Positions 39,601 through 47,600 of a DNA stretch of 64,000 nt are shown one piece after another. Below the pieces are notes generated by a model. It did not search any database and had not been told where the DNA came from. It saw nothing but the letters and a program-made list of their open reading frames with translations. Location: NCBI GenBank assembly GCA_045654565.1, contig JAZONP010000219.1, positions 4,153-68,152 on the forward strand, given 5' to 3'. Numbering within the stretch: position 1 is the first letter of the stretch; every line of letters begins with the position of its first letter. Source of the stretch: Bacteroidaceae bacterium. GTDB lineage: Bacteria > Bacteroidota > Bacteroidia > Bacteroidales > Bacteroidaceae. The translations under genes were made by a program, and so were the position numbers.

Positions 39601-42353
39601 GGCATACTCCAACGATAGATATATCCTACTTGAGGATTCTTTGCGTGCAGAGCGATACGCTCTCCAGCAGGAACCTGAGCGGCATTCATCACAAAGTCGG
39701 CCTCTACCTCGGGAGCCTCTGCCACAACGACGTCATATGTCGCAGTAGCGCTGCTTCCGGCAGCAGTGTAGGCAACTGCCGTTACGGTATGTATTCCGGC
39801 CGTGGCAAAGGTCACTGTGGGCGACAGAATGTTGACATTCTCAATGCCGGCCGACTCGATAGTCCACGCGATGCGGTTAACGGCCGCACTATAGGTTGCA
39901 CTGAGCGTAGTAGGTATACCGGCATAGATGGTGCCCTTGGGCTCATCGATGCTGACGCTGGGCTCGCCAGCAACAGCGCCCAATTTGCCCATATCAGCGA
40001 TAACCACATCGTAGCTACCTTTGATTGTTGCGTGATGACCTCCCACGCAGTCGTAAATCAGCGGTTCGCCATCCTTACCGGTGATGAGGTCACCCTTGAG
40101 GTAGGTCACGAGTCCTTGAGGCATGATGTTACCCGTGAACTCCGTATTCATACACGCCTTGAGTTCCTTGGCTGTGCGAGCTGTATTCCAAATGCGTATC
40201 TCGTCGTACACGGCATCTTGCTCTGCACTGACTCCCGATGAGAACACGAGGTCGCCAAATCCTCCTACACCACTATAGCTATCGGAGGTGCAACTGGTGC
40301 GGTTCACTCCATTGACGAAGATGCTCAGTTGGTTCTTTTTGATTACCATAGCGATATGAGTCCACTGTCCTACAGAAAGCGCAGCTGTAGTAGCACGGTT
40401 GCTAGTATCCCAACCTGCATAGAATGTTCCGTAGGCATCGGTATGGAACATGAAGCGTCCCCAACCCGGTCCACCGGTCTGGTTGTAATAGCTGAGGCTG
40501 GTAGGCTTAATCCAGAACTCTATAGTAGCCTCCTCATAGTGGGTAGCCATAACATCAGGGATAGTGAATCCAGCCTTGTTAAACTTGATTGCCGCGTTCT
40601 GTTCCGATGCTACGAGGGGGATACGCGCTATGATACAGTCTGACTCAGTTTCATCGGCATACACTGCGCTGACTCCATATTCACCAAGTGCAGGTATAGT
40701 ATGCGGAGTATAGCTATAGGTGTCGGCTGGCAGTGAAGCCACGTGTGCTCCGTTGAGATAGACGTTGTATGCCACAATAGTGTTTGCCGAGCGCAAGGGA
40801 GCCTGCCAGGTAAGCACGCCATCAGCAAAGGTCGCATTCTGCGGTTTATAGTATCCGCTACCCTGTACGACAACAGAGATGATGGTCTTTTCACCAGCAT
40901 TCTTCACCTCTACCCCCTCACCGATGGCGAAGGGAGTCTCCACACCAAGTTCATCGAAACGATAGTCTATGATTGAAGCGTTATGGATGGTACCCTTACC
41001 CTCTGCCCATGAGCGAGTGTCAACAATGAAGAAGTACTTGAGCGGCTGGCTCATATCATATCCGTTGCTCAGGTCGGTGAGGTCGTAACCAAACTCCATA
41101 GGCTCAGTATGCAACTTGCCATCAGCCCAACGACCCAGCATGGGAACCTCGGGAGCGGGATTAACGTTACCATTACCACCATCACCGGCATAAGTGAAGT
41201 GGATGAACGACACCGTTTTCTCGGGCTCCGTAGCATCGAGGTCAGCACTGACACCAGCGCTCAGAGCAATCTCACTACGGCGACTATAGTCCATCTCGAG
41301 TTTAATGGTACGGAGGGGACGATAGTCTTTACGCACCTTATAGATTTCGGGTTGCCACCACTGCTTGTTGAAGGTACCATCGCTACGGAAGGCACTTCCC
41401 GCATAAGCATAAGGGCAGTAGACGAAACCTTGGTTACACCACCAGGCACCCCACGAGTTAACAATAATCCAGGCACCCAGTTCATCGGCCTCAGGCTCAC
41501 CATATTTGCCATCGCCATCGAGGTCAAACTCTACACGGTCATCGTATCCTACGATGGTGAGTGCGTGGTCTACCTGTACTCCCCACTTCTTCACATAGCT
41601 CATACCGGCTACGCCGATGCTCTCGTTGTTGGCGGTCTTGGGGATAGCCTCCCAGACGCCACCTGATGCGACACCGATACCACAGATACCGCCAGCCTGG
41701 AACGAGTCGTCGCCATTATGGTTCCACAACCAGTTCTTCACTGCCTCGCGACCTTCCTCAGTACCTACGCTTACGGGGAAATTCGTGGGCTGCAACATAC
41801 GGTTGTGCATCGCCTCGTACCATTTGTCGTAGCCCTGCATCCAACCGAAGTCATTGTATGTCTCCTCCTGATAACCGAAGAGCGACGAGTAGGTCTGTCC
41901 ACCATAGGTAGCAGCCGAGGGCACACCCACCTTGGTTACAAACTCATCCTTACCCTGACCGGGCGAGTTGGTATGCAACCACACGAAGTGCGAAGGGTAG
42001 TAGTTGTGGGGATCCGAGCCATCGAGGTTACGATAGGCAGCCAATTCGTAGCTAAACATATAGCTGATACGCGATGCCGAACCGCACGAACCACCATCCT
42101 GATTGAATACCGGTGGGAAATGACGGTTCAAGCCATTGTGCACATGGTCGGGACGTCCGCTTGCAGCTCGGTCACGAGACTGGGCGCGAGCCTCCTTCGC
42201 CGAAGGCATCAGCGACCAATCGGGATTGATACTCTCCGAGTAGTCGGGATACTTTGTGCGGTCCACATCTACGGTCTGAGCTTGTGCATTCAATGCAACA
42301 ACACCACTTAGAAATAGCGTAGCAAGAACTTTTGTTGGGATAAACTTTTTCAT
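36624..42353 (-). CDS. 1909-aa multidomain T9SS cargo: papain-like (C1-type) peptidase, LamG-like, PKD, CBM-like and three Big_2 domains, plus CTD
   Basis: Signal peptide ...ALNAQAQ. The C1-like triad is GGSCGSASRISY (Cys), DHALTIVGYDD (His) and WIIVNSWGAWW (Asn). LamG-like blocks are present (EIRIWNTARTAKEL, DEFRVWGKALTDAQL). PKD-like repeats occupy residues ~790-1040. Three Big_2 repeats end in CVVTVEKRY. The CTD reads LMIYDVSGRPIRLNAKSTQELDPGVYIINGQKTVVK. Confidence 0.8.
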   Translation of the reverse strand: MKKFIPTKVLATLFLSGVVALNAQAQTVDVDRTKYPDYSESINPDWSLMPSAKEARAQSRDRAASGRPDHVHNGLNRHFPPVFNQDGGSCGSASRISYMFSYELAAYRNLDGSDPHNYYPSHFVWLHTNSPGQGKDEFVTKVGVPSAATYGGQTYSSLFGYQEETYNDFGWMQGYDKWYEAMHNRMLQPTNFPVSVGTEEGREAVKNWLWNHNGDDSFQAGGICGIGVASGGVWEAIPKTANNESIGVAGMSYVKKWGVQVDHALTIVGYDDRVEFDLDGDGKYGEPEADELGAWIIVNSWGAWWCNQGFVYCPYAYAGSAFRSDGTFNKQWWQPEIYKVRKDYRPLRTIKLEMDYSRRSEIALSAGVSADLDATEPEKTVSFIHFTYAGDGGNGNVNPAPEVPMLGRWADGKLHTEPMEFGYDLTDLSNGYDMSQPLKYFFIVDTRSWAEGKGTIHNASIIDYRFDELGVETPFAIGEGVEVKNAGEKTIISVVVQGSGYYKPQNATFADGVLTWQAPLRSANTIVAYNVYLNGAHVASLPADTYSYTPHTIPALGEYGVSAVYADETESDCIIARIPLVASEQNAAIKFNKAGFTIPDVMATHYEEATIEFWIKPTSLSYYNQTGGPGWGRFMFHTDAYGTFYAGWDTSNRATTAALSVGQWTHIAMVIKKNQLSIFVNGVNRTSCTSDSYSGVGGFGDLVFSSGVSAEQDAVYDEIRIWNTARTAKELKACMNTEFTGNIMPQGLVTYLKGDLITGKDGEPLIYDCVGGHHATIKGSYDVVIADMGKLGAVAGEPSVSIDEPKGTIYAGIPTTLSATYSAAVNRIAWTIESAGIENVNILSPTVTFATAGIHTVTAVAYTAAGSSATATYDVVVAEAPEVEADFVMNAAQVPAGERIALHAKNPQVGYIYRWSMPGADVEEAASPSVATSYQAKGTYSVTLTVTAPDGREKSHTEQIEVLEVAPKAAFSIAPAVVIKGQEVEFVDESLYAPTKWEWRIGSEKANYILYDQYRALVMDQPGVYDVTLTVANNEGNSDVTRERALIVTNADSKNGLLFSYDGASVNVGMSPITAGQSAFTIDWWMNSAWLNTFCNGIGESDQTMHVKTNASGQMTLYVEGKSLSSGSNFVVPGEWHHYAVTFNSGQVSFYRDGVLNYSKSIASTAVPAISNFSIGTSGAPFKGSIDEFRVWGKALTDAQLRTYANSPIADVAAAESAQGLKLYYNFNQSGGDVQDATSRGLHGRRTGFGPDGDAWGLSKGVFCLNFSEAGGKDITATTLTNYVEAFASNNQTVNPNNSSRFLKLTGWTMENAVVNGNITTGAHVDVNKGRTFTVTTGWDGFANTLSNHKVFQTITLPKGYYTFEAEYDATYEGQCGASYLVVAAGSTLPVKEELGEAIAYKAMTPKGQVNKNTLGFVLTEETTVSIGLLVNMSGQSCMTLQRFRLMQSPVTVFEKSSDAVSSIAKLINDRLYYISLPYHTQGLTSWAVSQSEGVLVSNTTLGIVADRDDAIQQFAFLTNDEGATHYLYHALEKKFVNKDGKLADSPTDPIYFKEGAYDTTYVAYFDESHYINVNNERQLVINAYATPDGGNSFVIRPAKTFNSKAALEKFPIVEVAELTLNYSTATLMAGEALALQASIAPSYATDQTVTWTTSDNTVAIVARGVVTAVAPGVAVITAKAGDKEATCVVTVEKRYVEVMGILLSQSTATMTEGDELTLTATVLPEDADEKAITWETSNADIATVKDGVVTAIVPGTVTITAKAGGRQATCVVTVEKRYIPVTDIILNYTEVELKVGEKVTLSATVLPENADNKVITWSSSDVRVATISRKVVKAVAEGTAIITAKTADFSATCVVTVKTDTGIDQVDGETPTLMIYDVSGRPIRLNAKSTQELDPGVYIINGQKTVVK
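36777..37517 (-). repeat. three tandem ~250-bp coding repeats (Big_2 domains)
   Basis: Protein repeats ...TWxxSxxxxATVxxGVVTAxxxGxxxITAKAGxxxATCVVTVEKRY occur three times. Confidence 0.8.
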
Positions 42354-42413
42354 GACAGTGTTTTGTTGATACTGATTAAAGGGTATTAGTTTAACTTTTA
42401 TACTTTTAACCTA

Positions 42414-42421
42414 CAAATGTA
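42414..42421 (-). promoter_or_regulatory. candidate -7 box (TACATTTG) for the 1909-aa gene
   Basis: The minus strand reads TACATTTG about 60 nt upstream of ATG 42353. Confidence 0.35.
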
Positions 42422-42491
42422 TACAATCTTTGTGAAAGATTTATTATGAGAGGAGTTTTTTTGCGATAATAAAGATTGAACGGAGCAAACA

Positions 42492-42565
42492 ACTTTAATT
42501 TTTGATCTGGCAAGGTGCAGTGGAATGCATACATCGCTATTCCTTGCCAGGTTAAAAATTAAAGT
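42492..42565. repeat. long imperfect inverted repeat (24-nt arms, 26-nt spacer) in a 500-bp intergenic region
   Basis: ACTTTAATTTTTGATCTGGCAAGG (42492-42515) pairs with CCTTGCCAGGTTAAAAATTAAAGT (42542-42565). 22 of 24 positions pair. Confidence 0.85.
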
Positions 42566-42787
42566 ATTTTACTCATAGAAGACATTTCATTTTAGAGCGG
42601 TGAAATTGCAGAAAGGTTTTAAAAATAAATCCTTAAGGCTTTAGAAAAATTGCAGAAAGACTTTTTTCAAAACGGACAAAGAGATTTTTCCTCGCCTATA
42701 AAGAGTTTTATCAAAGGCTTTCTATTTCGAATACTATGTATAGACTAAAGACACCCAACAACATTAGGCTACAACTATATCATTACA

Positions 42788-42823
42788 ATAAGAGCCGCTC
42801 GAATTAATTCGAACGGCTCTTAT
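42788..42823 (-). terminator. terminator-like hairpin at the end of the seven-gene operon
   Basis: ATAAGAGCCGCTCGAATT|AATTCGAACGGCTCTTAT is a 36-bp palindrome with one mismatch. It lies about 30 bp downstream of the stop at 42855. The U-tract is weak. Confidence 0.55.
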
Positions 42824-42854
42824 ACAAACCTTTATCTATTGGACTACTCCAACC

Positions 42855-44612
42855 TTAATAATAAAAACGAATTGTTGTGGTTTCACCATTCATTACACCA
42901 CCTTTAAAGGTAAAACTTCCGCCAGAAGTCCAGTATTCCTTGTCAAGGCCAAACATATGAGCATTAGCCTGGTCTGGGCAATTGGTCTTAAACGAAGCAA
43001 TGAGTTGATCAATAAGGCTTAATTCCGTATCGTTATATTTTCCATAATCACCTGAATTTGCATATTCCTTTATCTTCTTCTTTGCAATTTCGAGTTTATC
43101 AATACACAACAAATACTTATATTTATCTATAAATAGACTCTTTTCATCATTACCTAATTTGAATTTATTCTTAGAGTACATCAATGCTAAGCGGAAGTAT
43201 GCATCACCATGATTCGCATTAAGTTTCACTGCGCTCTTATAACGGAATGCAGCTTGCTGGTTATTTCCTTGGCGTTCCAAGATAACACCCCAACGATAAT
43301 GTAAATGAGCCTTTTCTATATTATCAAGACTCGGTAGACCTAATAAGAATTGTATTTGTCCAATAGCCTCGTCATAAAGTTCACGTTGGATATACACATT
43401 AACCAACAAACGACGTTTATCGACAATTTCAGCAGGATCCACATTAGAAAGGTAGGTATAATTCTCCAAAGCTTCCACATAAACATTAGAGTTTGGACAC
43501 TTGCGCAACTTTCGAATTACTTGATCAAGGAACATCTGATCCATCCCCCTTTCCAACATTCGCGAAGCATAATACTCTTCTTGAGCTGGGCAATCACCCG
43601 GACTAGGAGGATCTAGCACATCAATTATTTTTTTATACTGATCATTATGTCCCTTATGCAAATAGACAATATTTCCTTTTGCATCGGAATCGCTCACGTG
43701 ATCTAACAACAATTGCATTCTCACATCAAAAATATCAAAATCGGCAACATACTGATCCGCATACTTCTTATAGTTTCCGTTCAAAGCGTAGGCTCTCTTC
43801 AAACGTTGAACTGAGATACGCATGAGCTTATCTACATTAAGGTAATAAACCTCCTCTTGGTTCTCTGGTTCATTCAAAGCATCCATAATGTAGTCATACA
43901 TTTTTACATAATGAGGATGCATTACATTCTCCTCGGTAATTTCACCAGAATACATTTCAATGTAGTCTCTTACTTTATTGCTTTTAATCAAGGTCTTCGA
44001 AAAAGTTTCGTTCATGCTTGCGTTGATTGTATCAGCATACTCATACCACACGTCATAGACATTCATCAATTCATTGATGTATATCTCACGTTGAATTGAG
44101 TCACAAGTATATCCTATCAAATCTTTAAGAATGCTGATTCCATCGTTGTACAAACTTACACGATATACACTATGCGTATCAAAAACAGTTTTCCAAGGAT
44201 AATAGACAAATATCAACTCTGTAGGATCACCATTAAAATGCAACACATCAGCAAGACCACCCACCGTGGAAAGACTAACAACCTCTTCCTCTGAGATTGA
44301 GCGACCCACCTCGCGAGAAATGACTCCTGCCAATTCGCGCACTGTCAAAGAGTCAATTCCCAAATTGCTGAACTTTGCATTAAGATTAACCTTTGATGCT
44401 ATATGAGGGAATTCTCTCTTTACTATTCTGATAATTTCATCTTGAAAATCCTGTTTATTGAGAAGATAAGTATTGTATGGACTCCTATACATCGCAATAT
44501 TATACACCAAAGAATCACTCAACACCTCTACATCTTGAGCCATTCCCTTAAAGGGAAGGCATAAAATGAGAAGAAGGACTACACTCTGAAGGAAAGACCT
44601 GAATTTATTCAT
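42855..44612 (-). CDS. exported protein with acyl-carrier-protein-like (PP-binding-like) segment and C-terminal TPR-like repeats
   Basis: Signal peptide MNKFRSFLQSVVLLLILCLPFKGMAQ|D. Residues ~58-125 read IIRIVKREFPHIASKVNLNAKFSNLGIDSLTVRELAGVISREVGRSISEEEVVSLSTVGGLADVL, with a (L)G(I)DSL carrier-protein motif. TPR-like helices follow (AHLHYRWGVILERQGNNQQAAFRYKSAVKLN, GDAYFRLALMYSK). Confidence 0.6.
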   Translation of the reverse strand: MNKFRSFLQSVVLLLILCLPFKGMAQDVEVLSDSLVYNIAMYRSPYNTYLLNKQDFQDEIIRIVKREFPHIASKVNLNAKFSNLGIDSLTVRELAGVISREVGRSISEEEVVSLSTVGGLADVLHFNGDPTELIFVYYPWKTVFDTHSVYRVSLYNDGISILKDLIGYTCDSIQREIYINELMNVYDVWYEYADTINASMNETFSKTLIKSNKVRDYIEMYSGEITEENVMHPHYVKMYDYIMDALNEPENQEEVYYLNVDKLMRISVQRLKRAYALNGNYKKYADQYVADFDIFDVRMQLLLDHVSDSDAKGNIVYLHKGHNDQYKKIIDVLDPPSPGDCPAQEEYYASRMLERGMDQMFLDQVIRKLRKCPNSNVYVEALENYTYLSNVDPAEIVDKRRLLVNVYIQRELYDEAIGQIQFLLGLPSLDNIEKAHLHYRWGVILERQGNNQQAAFRYKSAVKLNANHGDAYFRLALMYSKNKFKLGNDEKSLFIDKYKYLLCIDKLEIAKKKIKEYANSGDYGKYNDTELSLIDQLIASFKTNCPDQANAHMFGLDKEYWTSGGSFTFKGGVMNGETTTIRFYY

Positions 44613-44629
44613 AGTTCTCTAATATTTCT

Positions 44630-47600
44630 TTAAAATGAATACTTAACACCCATCAAGAGGTTCATAATTGCACTACGGCCGCCATTCAATGCTGCATAGT
44701 CTCTATTGAAGAAGGCCAAAGCACGGGGTTCCAACGAGACACCCCAATTTTCATTCAAACGATATTCCACGGGGATACCCACCGATGCTCCTACCGAAGC
44801 CTTAGCAATATGGCTAACCTTTGAAGCCTTCATGCTGAACAAAGGACCTGCAGCAAGCGTCACGTTCAAACGACGGTCAGGAGTATAACCAGCAAAGAGC
44901 GTGCTGAGGTCAAACATGTAGTCAACACCCAAGTCAACGTGACCGACGCGAGACTTCGTACCATTGGTTACCTCGGCATATCCCGCAGAAAGACGAGCGC
45001 CTGAATAGGGAGTGAAGTGATACTCACCTGACAAACTGGTATTGATACCCAGCTGAGGCAATCCTGCATACATGTTAGTAAGGAATCGATGACTCAGACC
45101 CGCTGCAACACCTACGTTATAGTAGGGTTTGAACTCACCCGGCTGACGTCTGCTCGCGCGGAAGCGATATTCCGACATACCGAACTCCATACCTGCAGAC
45201 ACTGATACCAAGTGATCATCCAATGTGTAGCGAGGCTCAATGTAGAGTATGTGTTCCTCATCAGTACGCAAACGCAACTGAGCGCCCACACTCATACTGC
45301 TGTAGAAATGTCTATCCACGTTGTAATACAAGGCATCAATCTTACCACCAGCCTCCCAGCCGAGGAGCAATGCTGCGCCGAAGCGACCCGGAGTATAGCT
45401 ACTACCGAAGGCCAACGGATTAAGCATCATATCTACACGACCACCGATACGTGCCGACTTGAGCAAGAGCTCACCGCCCTGGAGATTTACCGAATTAAGG
45501 TTACTTGCTGCAATCTCAGCACCTACACGAGCGCCCAACAAAGAGTTGAACCAACGACCTACGCCAAGACCGAGCTGCATACCACCCGTAGAGCCGAAAG
45601 CGATACCGTTACCAGCTGCATACTGAAGACCCATAGAATAGTTAACGAAACTACGACGAGTACCATACGTCTCATCCTGCATCTCCATACGCTGATAGAA
45701 ACGCTCACCTGGAGTATACTTCACACCGGCCTGGAGGTTCATGATCGCGCTACGACCACCATTCAATGCGGCATAGTCTCTGTTGAAGAAGGCTTGAGCA
45801 CGAGGTTCCAATGAAACGCCAAAGTTCTCATTGAAGCGATACTGCACGGGGATACCCACCTGCATACCAATCGACGACTTGGCCAAGTGGTCAACCACCA
45901 CATTACCCTCAGAAGTTCTTGTACTGAACACAGGACCCGCAGCAAGCGCAACATCCAGACGGCGGTCGGGGGTGTATCCTGCAAAGAGGGTGCTAAGGTC
46001 AAACATATAGTCAAAGCCATTGTTAATGTGACCTACGCGTACTGCAGTACCATTGGTCACCTCGGCGTATTCAACCGCAAAACGAGCACCTGAGTAGGGA
46101 GTGAAGTGGTACTCACCTGACACACCGGCACTAACCCCCAATTGAGGCAATCCGGCATACACATTGGTGAGGAAGCGATGACTTACACCACCGGCAACAC
46201 CGATGTTATAGTAGGGTTTGAACTCCCCTGGCTGACGTCTGCTTGAACGGAAACGATGCTCTGACATAGCGTATTCCAAACCTGCGGTCATTGACACCAA
46301 GTGGTCGTCAAGAGCATAGCGAGGCTCAATATAGAATGTATGGTTCTCATCGGTGCGCAAGCGCAACTGAGCAGCTACACTCAAGCTGTTGTAGAAATGT
46401 TTGTCGGGACGAGTATAATACAAGGCATCTATCTTGCCTCCAGCCTCCCAACCGAGGAGCAATGCCGTACCGAAACGACCTGGAGTATAGCTGCGGCTGA
46501 ATGCCAACGGATTAAGCATCATCTCTACACGACCTCCAAAGCGTGCCGACTTGAGCAAGAGCTCACCACCATTGAGATTCACCGAATTAAGGTGACTCGC
46601 AGCAAGTTCTGCACCCAAACGAACACCCAAGAGTGAGTTTACCCAACGACCCACACCAAGACCGAGCTGCATGCCACCCGTATGACCGAAATCCACTCCC
46701 ATGCCTGTAGCATACTGAAGTCCTACAGCATAGTTGATAAAGTCGTAACGGGTGTTATGAGAAACGTTCAGTTTCTCCATATGCTCGTAAAGCTTCTCGC
46801 CAGGAGTATAATTCACACCCATCAAGAGATTTACAATGGCGCTACGGCCACCATTCACCAGAGCATAGTCTCTATTGAAGAAGGCCTGAGCACGGGGTTC
46901 CAATGTGATTCCCAAGTTCTCATTCAGACGATACTGAACGGGGATACCCACCTGTGCACCTACAGACGACTCGGCGAGTTGAGCAACTTCCTTGCTTTCT
47001 GAGGCTCTCGTACTGAACACAGGACCCGCAGCGAGTGCAACTCCCAAGCGGCGTTCAGGAGTGTAACCAGCAAAGAGGGTACTGAGGTCAAACATGTAGT
47101 CAAAACCTGTATTAATATGTCCAGTGCGTTTGGTTGTACCCGTGGTCACCTCGGCATACCCTGCCGTGAAGCGAACACCCGAATAGGGAGTGAAATGATA
47201 TTCACCAGACAGACCAGCATTTACGCCCAGCTGAGGCATGCCGGCATACATATTGGTGAGGAAACGATGACTCACACCACCAGCGAGACCGATGCTATAG
47301 TAAGGAGTGAACTCACCCGGCTGGCGTCTGCCTGAACGGAAGCGATACTCTGACATCGCGTATTCCAATCCAGCCGTCATTGACACCAAGCGATCATCGA
47401 TAGCATAACGAGGTTCAATATAGAACGCGTGGTTCTCATCGGTGCGCAAGCGCAGCTGAGCTGCCACACTCAAGCTATTGTAGAAGTGCTTGTAAGGACT
47501 GGTATAATACAAGGCATCAATCTTACCACCAGCCTCCCATCCGAGGAGCAATGCTGTACCCAAGCGACCCGGAGTATAGTTGCTGCCAAAGGCCAACGGA

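Noticed and set aside
42603-42659. Two AAATTGCAGAAAG direct repeats as + strand promoters
   Set aside because: They read ATTG rather than the TTTG of the TAnnTTTG box, and no + strand gene follows. They are mentioned only as context for the nearby inverted repeat.
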